A DNA stretch of 60,438 nucleotides, filler included. It is 5 parts of 5 records of this genome, joined end to end, with 100 filler letters (N's around TTAATTAATTAA, not from the genome) between each part and the next. Parts side by side here need not be neighbours in the genome. Positions count along the whole stretch, not along the records: positions 28,705 to 44,701 come from SRR20825006_2109; 4 more parts are not named here. One strand, written 5' to 3'. The first letter of the stretch is position 1. Every line of letters begins with the position of its first letter. Shown here one piece after another: positions 29,592-37,976 of this stretch. The notes beneath the pieces are model-generated. The model saw only the letters and a program-made list of their open reading frames with translations, had not been told where the DNA came from and ran no database searches. A program made the translations under genes and the position numbers.

Positions 29592-29993
29592 ATGAGTATT
29601 GGCAGTTGGACCCCGGACTCTGAAAAAGCCGCTATCACCATTGATCGAGACTTTCTCGAGCGCTGTATAGCACTGAGCGACGACGCGTCCCTGGCAACAC
29701 TCCCCTCGCCGTTCTCTGAGGAGGAGCAGCAGCGCTATAGCGCCGTCATGCGACTACCCGCTGAGCCCTGGCAACTCGCTGTGGCCGATTTCGACAACGC
29801 TGAGCTACTGGCACTCATTCGCTTCTTCACTGTTGCCGAAGAGCGGATTAGCGGCTGGGAAGCTGGCGCAGAATCCCCCGCCATTTGGATCAACAAAGTG
29901 TTGCGCAAACGCGGTGAAAAACTATCTGTTGAGACACTGCGCTGGATTCGCGCAAATAGCCGCAATCGCTTTATCCCCAATGGGGGCCTCTAG
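29592..29993 (+). CDS. Hypothetical protein (133 aa)
   Basis: MSIGSWTP...LIRFFTVAE...WEAGAESPAI...WIRANSRNRFIPNG; protein-like composition, function unknown. Confidence 0.75.
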   Translation: MSIGSWTPDSEKAAITIDRDFLERCIALSDDASLATLPSPFSEEEQQRYSAVMRLPAEPWQLAVADFDNAELLALIRFFTVAEERISGWEAGAESPAIWINKVLRKRGEKLSVETLRWIRANSRNRFIPNGGL

Positions 29994-30000
29994 GGCGCTG

Positions 30001-30291
30001 CTACTTCTGCTCTTTATTAAACGCTGCCAGCGCTTCGGGGCTGGCTTCTTTTTGGTATTTCGATTTCCATTGCGAATACGGCATGCCATAGACTCTTTCG
30101 CGCGCCGCGTCGTAATCCACCTCTATGCCCTGCTCTTCGGCTGCAGCCGCATACCACTTCGACAAACAGTTACGGCAAAAACCCGCCAGGTTCATTAAGT
30201 CGATATTTTGCACATCTTTGCGGCCGTCCAAATGCTCGAGCAAGCGGCGAAAAACCGCTGCCTCTATCGCATCGCTCTGTGACTTGTTCAT
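30001..30291 (-). CDS. DUF1244-family protein
   Basis: EAAVFRRL..HL..R.DVQNIDLMNLAGFCRNCLSKWY and VYGMPY..WK. Confidence 0.88.
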   Translation of the reverse strand: MNKSQSDAIEAAVFRRLLEHLDGRKDVQNIDLMNLAGFCRNCLSKWYAAAAEEQGIEVDYDAARERVYGMPYSQWKSKYQKEASPEALAAFNKEQK

Positions 30292-30411
30292 AATTTGTTC
30301 ACTCATTCGCTGCATTACTCTGTTCATTATCAGGAAATTTGCTATGTTAAGCCAACGAACAGACTTCCTGCTCGCGACGTACCCCAACACTTTATGACGG
30401 AGTCAGAAAGC

Positions 30412-30990
30412 ATGGCTAAACAAAAACTAGACCCTGTAGCGCTGATCAACCGGGAGATTGAATCTCTGGAAGATAAAGTAGAAAAGCTACGCGACCGCTT
30501 AATATCCGACGCGGATAAAGCACTGGAGCGCGCTAAGGCGCAAACTGAAAAAGCGCGAGCGAAAATTCGCCAGGAGCAGGAAAAGCTGCGCGAGCTGCAA
30601 AAGAAAGCCAAGGAAAATATGGATGCTCGCATACAGCGTCAGGTGGAGCGCGCCCACAAGGCCGTGGACTCTGCGCGCGAGCTTGAGGTGGACGCCAAGG
30701 CGCTGGTCATTATGGCCCGCGAACAAATGCAGGATTTAAAGGCTGACTATCAGCGTGCCAAGGCTCTGGCTAAGGCTGCCCGCGATGCTGCGCGCGACTT
30801 CGACAAGAAAAACCCACCTAAGAAAGCGGCCGCTAAAAAGGCAGCGGCAAAGAAAGCCCCTGCTAAAAAAGCCGCAGCCAAAAAGGCACCCGCCAAAAAA
30901 GCCGCTGCTAAAAAAGCACCAGCAAAAAAAGCTCCCGCTAAAAAGGCCGCAGCCAAAAAGGCAGCCGCTAAAAAAGCCCCCACCAGCTAG
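30412..30990 (+). CDS. AlgP-like histone H1-like protein
   Basis: Coiled-coil N-terminus followed by 11 KKA(A/P)(A/T) pentapeptide repeats. Confidence 0.8.
   Translation: MAKQKLDPVALINREIESLEDKVEKLRDRLISDADKALERAKAQTEKARAKIRQEQEKLRELQKKAKENMDARIQRQVERAHKAVDSARELEVDAKALVIMAREQMQDLKADYQRAKALAKAARDAARDFDKKNPPKKAAAKKAAAKKAPAKKAAAKKAPAKKAAAKKAPAKKAPAKKAAAKKAAAKKAPTS
30820..30984 (+). repeat. Coding 15-bp degenerate tandem repeat (x11)
   Basis: AARAARGCN(G/C)CNGCN-type units encoding KKAAA/KKAPA. Confidence 0.9.
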
Positions 30991-32141
30991 TCGTGACGAT
31001 CGCTGGCTGGCTCGCCGGCCAGCGTGACGACACTATTCAAAATCAACTGAATTAACTGCGTTTGCCGCGCGACGCCGGTTTTTGAAAATACCGAGCTGAG
31101 ATGCGACTTAGCCGTATTCCGAGAAATATTTAAGCTGAGCGATGCCTCGTCCAGGCTTTGCCCGTTAACCAGTCGCACCGCCAATTTAGACTCTGCAGGT
31201 GTTAAACCGAATAGTTCGATTAACACATCACTGGGTGCCTGACGCGGTGCCATGGGGTCACTAATGAACACCGCTACGGCCGGACGCCGCTCACCACCGT
31301 GGTCACTGTGCGGCAGGGGTCGTATCAGCAGGCTTAAGCCACTCAATGAGCTGGCATCTGCAAGGCGAAAGGCGCGCACACAGCCTGCCTCGCGCTGGTG
31401 ATGCGCCTGTATTACCTCGCCAAGTAGCATTTTGAAGTCTTGCTGCTCACGCCGATTTTCAAAACTCAGGCGTCCTCCCTGCAATGCGACACCGCGCCCC
31501 TGTGCTAACAGGCGCTCGGCCACTGGGTTGCTATTTAAGCTATCGCCGTTGGCATCCAGGGTAATCACGCCCACCGACAAACTGTCGATGGTATTGGCAT
31601 ACAGCACTCGCTCGCGTTCACTTTCACGTAACCGGGAGTGGATTTGCACCGCCTGTTTAATATGTGGCAGCAGTTGCTTGCACAGGGCCTTTTCCCGCGC
31701 GCCAAAATCTTCGCGGCTCTCTGGCCGCGTGACGCGCAGCCGTGCCAGTAGCTCCTCACCGTGCCATAAATCGGCACCCAGGATGTGCCGCACATTGGCT
31801 GGCTCTATATAATTTTGATAGTACTCGGACGCCTCAAACTCCTCTGCCGACATGTACTCAGCCACGGTGACGACATCGCCATCGGGAAGATTCACAAAGG
31901 GGTCTAAGGCAAAATAGGTCTCGTTGTAGGCGCGATAGATTTCCGGCGAAACCACCAGCGCGTTGAGTATCACGCCGGGGTCGTGCTCATTCGGCGGCCG
32001 CAGCAGCAAGGTCGCATAGTTACCGCCCAAGGCGTCCCTGAGCTGATCCAGAAACGCCTGCCAGGGGGGCGTTTCCAAAGTGCCACCGTAGAGCGCGCGC
32101 AGCAGAGCGTCCATACGCGGCGAGATAGAAATCTCAGACAT
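30987..32141 (-). CDS. LuxR-family HTH regulator with PAS-like sensor region
   Basis: C-terminal LFGLTPAES.LA..L..G.SL......ISRNTAKSHL..VFSKTGV.RQ. Confidence 0.88.
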   Translation of the reverse strand: MSEISISPRMDALLRALYGGTLETPPWQAFLDQLRDALGGNYATLLLRPPNEHDPGVILNALVVSPEIYRAYNETYFALDPFVNLPDGDVVTVAEYMSAEEFEASEYYQNYIEPANVRHILGADLWHGEELLARLRVTRPESREDFGAREKALCKQLLPHIKQAVQIHSRLRESERERVLYANTIDSLSVGVITLDANGDSLNSNPVAERLLAQGRGVALQGGRLSFENRREQQDFKMLLGEVIQAHHQREAGCVRAFRLADASSLSGLSLLIRPLPHSDHGGERRPAVAVFISDPMAPRQAPSDVLIELFGLTPAESKLAVRLVNGQSLDEASLSLNISRNTAKSHLSSVFSKTGVARQTQLIQLILNSVVTLAGEPASDRHD

Positions 32142-32232
32142 AGAAGATCGAGGCCATTGTGATGCAATAGCCTCGATTCTAAGCGCTGACCGCATGGAAT
32201 TCATCTATAGCGCACTAAATCCTCTCAGCGGT

Positions 32233-33021
32233 TTAATGTGGCAAGAAATCGCCACCATTTACATCGAGCGCGGCACCGGTCAGCGCTCGAGAGTACTCCG
32301 ACCCCAAAAACACAGCGGCTTTGGCGCAGTCGCCGTCATCGGGTATACGGCGCAGCGGGATATTGGCAGCTACAGCAGCTTTTTGCTCTTCGACACTGGG
32401 GCCGCCAGCCTCTGCATTCATTTGGAAATAGCCCTCGACCGACGGCCCCCACATCCAGCCCATATAGGCCGAATTCACACGAATATTGTCAGGCCCCAGT
32501 TCTAGCGCCAGGTGAGCGGTTGCACTGGCAAGCGCCGCCTTGGAGGCGCCGTAGCCGCCCTGAGTCGGCATGGGTTTGCGGGTTACCATGGTGTTGATCA
32601 TCACGATCGCGCCGCCGCCCTGCTTCTTCATTTGCGGCACGACTTCAAGCGTCAGCCCCATGGTGCCGAAGAAGTTCACATCCATGGCGTCTCGCCAGCT
32701 GTCCAAATCTGCCTCAGCGATAGGCCCAAAGTTTCCGGGGTTGTAGGCACTGTTAAACAACACGTCGATACGGCCAAATTCGGCAATTGTCTTGGCAACC
32801 AGCTCGGCACATTGCTTGCGGTCACTAATATCGGTAGCCACCTTCAATACCGCATTGTCCAGGCCCTCACTGCGAATCAGGGCTTCAGCATCATCGAGTT
32901 TACTGGCGGTGCGGGCACACATCGCCACTTTTGCTCCCTGGCGCGCGGCTTCAAGGGCCAGCTCCTGTCCCAAGCCCGGGCCGATACCCGACACAATGAC
33001 GACTTTGTCTCTAAGCAACAT
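32233..33021 (-). CDS. Short-chain dehydrogenase/reductase
   Basis: SGIGPGLG, YGASK and LDVNGG. Confidence 0.9.
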   Translation of the reverse strand: MLLRDKVVIVSGIGPGLGQELALEAARQGAKVAMCARTASKLDDAEALIRSEGLDNAVLKVATDISDRKQCAELVAKTIAEFGRIDVLFNSAYNPGNFGPIAEADLDSWRDAMDVNFFGTMGLTLEVVPQMKKQGGGAIVMINTMVTRKPMPTQGGYGASKAALASATAHLALELGPDNIRVNSAYMGWMWGPSVEGYFQMNAEAGGPSVEEQKAAVAANIPLRRIPDDGDCAKAAVFLGSEYSRALTGAALDVNGGDFLPH

Positions 33022-33090
33022 TTTGACTATCCTGTTTAATTATTCGAATTACTTGTCCCTGAAGCCTACCTAGGCTCGACCCGAGCAGCA

Positions 33091-33106
33091 CCACCCGAAT
33101 GGGTGG
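33091..33106. promoter_or_regulatory. Palindrome between the divergent SDR and outer-membrane protein genes
   Basis: CCACCC-gaat-GGGTGG. Confidence 0.4.
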
Positions 33107-33138
33107 AAGCGCCAAGCCAGAATATACAGCGAGGAAAC

Positions 33139-33837
33139 ATGCACCTACGTCGATATACCACCTCAGCACTACTCTGCCTGGCCGTGAGCACGCCTGCGCT
33201 CGCCGACACATCGCTGCGCCTACAGGCTTCAACGATTGGCGGTGGCGCGGAGCTTGGATACAGCTTTTCCCCGCAATTTGGCATTCGCGGTGGCGCCTTG
33301 TACGGCAGTTTTAAACTGGACTTCGAAGGGGATGACAACAACGGTATTGAGGGCGATGAGCTCAGCTACAAAAGCGATGTCGATCTGCGCAATGCCTATC
33401 TGCTGACCGACTGGCACCCCAGTGGCAAATGGTTTCGGGTAAGTGCAGGCATATTAATTAACAACAGCTCTGCTAAGGTTATTACCCGCTGCGAAGAAAA
33501 CTCTCCCGTACCTGGCACCACAAACTGTGAGTTCGGCAACAGCCGCTTTTCGCCCGCGATACTCGGAGATGTTATTACCAACATCGACTTCGAACCGGTG
33601 AGCCCCTACCTCGGTATTGGCTGGTCCAGAGCTACCGGGCAAGGTTTTCACTTCAGCGCCGACGTGGGCGTTGCCTACCTCGGGGACGCCAACGTTAAGA
33701 TTCGCTCGACGGGAAGCTGCAACACCAACCAGCAATGTCGAGAGGAAGTGGCAGCCGAACAGCGCGAAGTTGAAAATGAATTGGATGACTTGAACCTGTT
33801 GCCTATCGCGATGCTCGCGCTGAGTTATCGGTTCTAA
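33139..33837 (+). CDS. Outer membrane beta-barrel protein
   Basis: RBS GAGG, signal peptide ending ALA, amphipathic strands (PYLGIGW), C-terminal LSYRF and four loop Cys. Confidence 0.8.
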   Translation: MHLRRYTTSALLCLAVSTPALADTSLRLQASTIGGGAELGYSFSPQFGIRGGALYGSFKLDFEGDDNNGIEGDELSYKSDVDLRNAYLLTDWHPSGKWFRVSAGILINNSSAKVITRCEENSPVPGTTNCEFGNSRFSPAILGDVITNIDFEPVSPYLGIGWSRATGQGFHFSADVGVAYLGDANVKIRSTGSCNTNQQCREEVAAEQREVENELDDLNLLPIAMLALSYRF

Positions 33838-33852
33838 GGCCAAATTAGATAT

Positions 33853-35406
33853 TTAAAGACCCGACGGGAAACGAATACGCACCTCAGTTCCTTCCCCTAA
33901 GGCAGACAAGACCTCAACCTGCCCTTTCAGCTGTTGGCTGACAAGATTAAAGACAATATGCATGCCCAGGCCACTCCCGCCTGCGCCGCGCTTGGTGGTG
34001 AAAAACGGTTCAAAAATCTTTTCTCGCGCCTCTTCATCCATACCGCAGCCATCATCGCTATAGCAGATTTCAATATCGCCGTCGCACTCGGTTACCACCA
34101 CGCGTATGCGGCCGGCTTCACCGCCTGGAAAGGCATGCATAAGGGAATTCATCAACAAGTTGGTAAATATCTGCGAGATCGCGCCAGGCACGGAGTTGGC
34201 TTCCAGTGACGCCTCACAGTCTATTTCTACAGCGATTTGCGTATTCTTCAAGTTTGGTCGCAGACTCAGCAGGGTTTCATCAAAATAGCTTTTTAGATTA
34301 AATTTCCTGCGTTCAAAGCTGGTTTGATCCACCGCTACCTGTTTAAAGCTGTGCACTAAGTCTGCCGCTCTGCGTAGATTATTGAGAATAATCTCGGTGG
34401 ACTGCATGCAGTGCTCGAAGTAATGCTTCAGACCACTGCCGGTCAATTTCCCTTCGTTGTAGGCCTGCTCCGCTTCTATACTCTCGGCGCGCAGCGTCGA
34501 CGCGGCCGTGACACTCACGCCAACGGGGGTATTCACCTCATGCGCCACACCGGCCACCAGGCCACCCAGTGAGGCCATTTTTTCAGTGGCGACCAACTGT
34601 TTCTGCGTTCGGTTCAAGTCCTCTACGGCCTTGCGAAGTTCAGTATTCGCCGCATCGGCCTGATGTATACGGAGCGTCAGCTCTTCCTTCGCTCTCGCCA
34701 AGTCGGTATCACGGGTGGCAATGTGGGAGAGCATGACATTAAAGCCATCGATTAATTCTCCGACTTCGTCGTCGCCATGCTTGTCGGCGCGCAAACTATA
34801 GTCACCCGACAGCGACACTTTTCGCGTGGTATCGAGCAACGCAAGAATCGGCCCGGCAATGAGTTTCTGTAAAGTATTGGATATAACAAAAGCAATACCC
34901 ACACTGAGCAGCAGCATAAGCAGCAGCAACATAATATCGAGGCGGGTACTTGCCCACAGGTCGGATAGCTGACGTTCAATCACCAGGCGCCCAAGGCGCT
35001 CGCTGCCGAGCCAGACATCGCGATTCACTGTAAGCACCTGCAGCTTGGAGGCCTTCACGTCTAACAGGCTTAGCGGGCAGTCCTTGGCATCACTGCCGCG
35101 CACATAACTGGCAAATAGCTGCGCTTGTTTGGTTTCCCCTTGATACAAACACGCGCGATGGATTTCCGGCATGCCACGCAGCGATGACAATATTTCCTCA
35201 GCGGCCTGGGAGTCTGAAAAACTCATTGCCGCCGTTGTATTGAGCGAAAAAACCTCTGCAACGGCCAGCAAATTCTTCTGGACGGTTTCCCGCACGCTAA
35301 ACCAGTTATACAGCACGAAAACCGTTTCGATCATCACCAACACGATCGTGACCGTGCCGACAATCGACACCAGTATTTTTCGCTGTATCGGCAAATCCCT
35401 TAGCAT
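33853..35406 (-). CDS. Sensor histidine kinase: 2 TM, YfiN-like (CHASE8-type) periplasmic domain, HAMP, HisKA, HATPase
   Basis: Periplasmic AAMSFSDSQAAEEILSSL...LFASY, HAMP DEVGELIDGFN, H-box VAHEVNTP, and DDGCGM, FEPFFTT, GSGLG. Confidence 0.93.
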   Translation of the reverse strand: MLRDLPIQRKILVSIVGTVTIVLVMIETVFVLYNWFSVRETVQKNLLAVAEVFSLNTTAAMSFSDSQAAEEILSSLRGMPEIHRACLYQGETKQAQLFASYVRGSDAKDCPLSLLDVKASKLQVLTVNRDVWLGSERLGRLVIERQLSDLWASTRLDIMLLLLMLLLSVGIAFVISNTLQKLIAGPILALLDTTRKVSLSGDYSLRADKHGDDEVGELIDGFNVMLSHIATRDTDLARAKEELTLRIHQADAANTELRKAVEDLNRTQKQLVATEKMASLGGLVAGVAHEVNTPVGVSVTAASTLRAESIEAEQAYNEGKLTGSGLKHYFEHCMQSTEIILNNLRRAADLVHSFKQVAVDQTSFERRKFNLKSYFDETLLSLRPNLKNTQIAVEIDCEASLEANSVPGAISQIFTNLLMNSLMHAFPGGEAGRIRVVVTECDGDIEICYSDDGCGMDEEAREKIFEPFFTTKRGAGGSGLGMHIVFNLVSQQLKGQVEVLSALGEGTEVRIRFPSGL

Positions 35407-35957
35407 CAGGAACTACCCTTCGCAGCAGAGCGGCGCACCGTTCTCGCCAAGCTCAAAAGCCGCGAACTCACCGACATACCGGAGCGGTGGATATTGGCCT
35501 GATTGATATCAAAGCGCAGCTTACCCGACACGATAACAAAACTGATCATGCCGCCCGCATCGATAAAGTCGCCGTTATCGGCGATGGTTAAGATGTGGTC
35601 TTGGGGTAATTTTTGCAGCCAGTAGCGCTGTAGCTCTCCGCTATTATCAGCGAGGTATAGCACCTCGCACCCCTCGCTCTCTTCGGGGAGGAGTATCAAT
35701 CGGCTGCGTATGCCGAGGTCATTGCTCGATTTCGACTTGATTAATGCGGAAAGCGCGATGGCAATGTCGCGGTCACCGACCACGCATATATCAATTGCCT
35801 CCTCGCCACCCCGTATCGCCGCTGGGGGCCAACTGATAAAGCGCGTGAAGTTAACCAGATACGCCGCCTTAACGCGCTGCTCCAGGCCTTGCCCAAACGC
35901 ATTGCCGGCCAGGCCCAACACCAAAGCTATTGCACAGAACCGCCTGCCCCAAATCAT
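35406..35957 (-). CDS. YfiR-family (DUF4154) periplasmic protein
   Basis: Signal peptide, VKAAYLVNFTRFISWP, ICVVG, CEVLY, GGMI.F......RFDIN and SSRLLSLA. Confidence 0.92.
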   Translation of the reverse strand: MIWGRRFCAIALVLGLAGNAFGQGLEQRVKAAYLVNFTRFISWPPAAIRGGEEAIDICVVGDRDIAIALSALIKSKSSNDLGIRSRLILLPEESEGCEVLYLADNSGELQRYWLQKLPQDHILTIADNGDFIDAGGMISFVIVSGKLRFDINQANIHRSGMSVSSRLLSLARTVRRSAAKGSS

Positions 35958-37888
35958 TAGAACATCCAGCTCAATTGCGCTTGCACACTGCGCCGTATCT
36001 CTACGCCGCCACCAAACTCCGCATGGGCATCGTCATTGAGGTTACTCACGCGCACAGACGCTTCGAGCTGGTCGTTGATACGCCACATTACATTCATATC
36101 AATTGCCGCGTAGGCATCAACATTTTGATCATCCAGAGGGCCAATCCATCGTGCCGCAAGGAACAGCGACCAGCGATCATTGATATCCCAATCCAGGCGC
36201 GTTTTCAGCTGATGACTGGGATCGTTGGCATCGGCATCGGCAATAGACTGATCCAAACTGCCCGGCGGAGTGGAGGCATCCAGGTCGAAATAGCGATAGC
36301 TGGTCAGTAACTCGATGTTTGCTCTTGCTCGCCATCGCGCGGTCAGCTCAACACCATGGCTGCGCGCGCTGCCAATATTATCGATTAATATCGGTGGCGG
36401 CGTCTGAGGGTTAGTCAGGTCATCAGTGAGTCCACGCAGCTCCTCGTACTCGTTATAAAAGCCGGCGATGTCTATGGACAAACTGCCGCTCAACTGCTGA
36501 CGATACCCCGCCTCCAGCGCCGTCAATTCCTCGGAGTGAAAACTGCGATCACCGCCGAAAAAGCCACCCGAAAACGAGACATCTTGATCCAGACGGTTGG
36601 GAATACGAACCGCCCGAGACCAGGCTGCCCATACCGTGCTGTCGGGATTAATTTTATAGCGAGCCCGGACACTTGGTTGAAACTCATCGCCACTGTAATC
36701 GTTGTGCTCGAGTTTAGCGCCCAGAGTGAGGCGCAGGCGCTTGTTTAAAAAATTGATTTGATCCTGGATAAACAAATCATAGGTTTCGTCCTCGCGCTTG
36801 CGAGGGCTAAAGTCGGTGAGAAAGGGGTTAACATCGCCGATGTGATCGCGACTAAACCTAAAGCCACCGCCGATCACCAGCTCCTGCCGCTGCCCGATCT
36901 GGCGATTATGCTTCACTTCGAAATCCAGCAGGCGTCGCTGCTCAGAGAAATTCAGTCGATTGTTAAAAGCGCTGCGATCATAGACGAGTTGGTATTCTGA
37001 ATTCGCCGTACCGGCATGCTGCTGACTTAGACGCATTATCAGATTTTCGCCGCGGTGATATTCTTGCTTGCCCCCTGTCGGCACAGCCACGTGGCCGCGG
37101 TAGGCATCACCCTGAACGGTTAAGCGCAGCGCATCCGATAATTTATTATCAGTGCGAAATCCCGCTTGGCGGTGTACCCACTCATCACCGCTATCCCCGC
37201 CACTGGCAGCTTGCTGTTCGCTGTGCCACTGACTTTTGGCATAGACACGATAGAAACCGTCGCCAGCAAACTCATCGCCGTACCTCGCCTCGGTATAGCC
37301 TCGATAGTTTCCACCGCCGCCCGCGGCAACCCACCCTCCGAGCGTGTCCTTGGCTGAGCGCGTAACGATATTCACCACGCCATTGACAGCATTCGCCCCC
37401 CATAGCGCAGCGCCGGGGCCACGTATAACCTCAATGCGCTCTATGTCGCGCATCACAGTATCTTGGGTATACCAAAATACGCCGGAAAATAACGGCGTAT
37501 ATAAGCTGCGACCGTCCATTAATACTTCGAGCTTATCGGCAAGTGTGCTGTTGAAACCGCGAGCGGTTACCGCCCAGCTATGTGAATCAACCCTTGCCAC
37601 CTGCAGCCCTGGCACCAAGCGCAGGGCCTCGGCAAGTGTGCGCACGCCGCTGCGGCGAATATCCTCCGTGTCCAGCACAAACACTGCCGCGGCAGTATCT
37701 TGCAAGGGCTCCGCCCGCCTAGAAGCCGAGACCACCTCGATATCCATTAGGTCTTCGAGACTGAGTTCGCCAAGTGTTTCCAACGACGCTAGCTGAATTG
37801 TTGACGAGGCGGCGCTCAACGAGAAAGTGACCAGGCCGAGCGCAATACCCGTTTGCAATAAAAGGCGCATAACCATTGTCCGCGTCAT
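35957..37888 (-). CDS. TonB-dependent outer membrane receptor
   Basis: LSLEDLMDIEVVSASR, plug motif IERIEVIRGPGAALWGANAVNGVVNIVT, and C-terminal LSWMF. Confidence 0.95.
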   Translation of the reverse strand: MTRTMVMRLLLQTGIALGLVTFSLSAASSTIQLASLETLGELSLEDLMDIEVVSASRRAEPLQDTAAAVFVLDTEDIRRSGVRTLAEALRLVPGLQVARVDSHSWAVTARGFNSTLADKLEVLMDGRSLYTPLFSGVFWYTQDTVMRDIERIEVIRGPGAALWGANAVNGVVNIVTRSAKDTLGGWVAAGGGGNYRGYTEARYGDEFAGDGFYRVYAKSQWHSEQQAASGGDSGDEWVHRQAGFRTDNKLSDALRLTVQGDAYRGHVAVPTGGKQEYHRGENLIMRLSQQHAGTANSEYQLVYDRSAFNNRLNFSEQRRLLDFEVKHNRQIGQRQELVIGGGFRFSRDHIGDVNPFLTDFSPRKREDETYDLFIQDQINFLNKRLRLTLGAKLEHNDYSGDEFQPSVRARYKINPDSTVWAAWSRAVRIPNRLDQDVSFSGGFFGGDRSFHSEELTALEAGYRQQLSGSLSIDIAGFYNEYEELRGLTDDLTNPQTPPPILIDNIGSARSHGVELTARWRARANIELLTSYRYFDLDASTPPGSLDQSIADADANDPSHQLKTRLDWDINDRWSLFLAARWIGPLDDQNVDAYAAIDMNVMWRINDQLEASVRVSNLNDDAHAEFGGGVEIRRSVQAQLSWMF

Positions 37889-37976
37889 TGTTGTTATTTG
37901 CTTAGTGGGTGACTATTGCATCCACTTTTCAAACTAGGACAAAAGCGCCAACTGCACCATTGCAGCTTTTACCTAC

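Noticed and set aside
30750-30983. Minus-strand ORF with AAFLA repeats
   Set aside because: Reverse complement of the KKAAA coding repeat. It is not a CRISPR array because there are no unique spacers.
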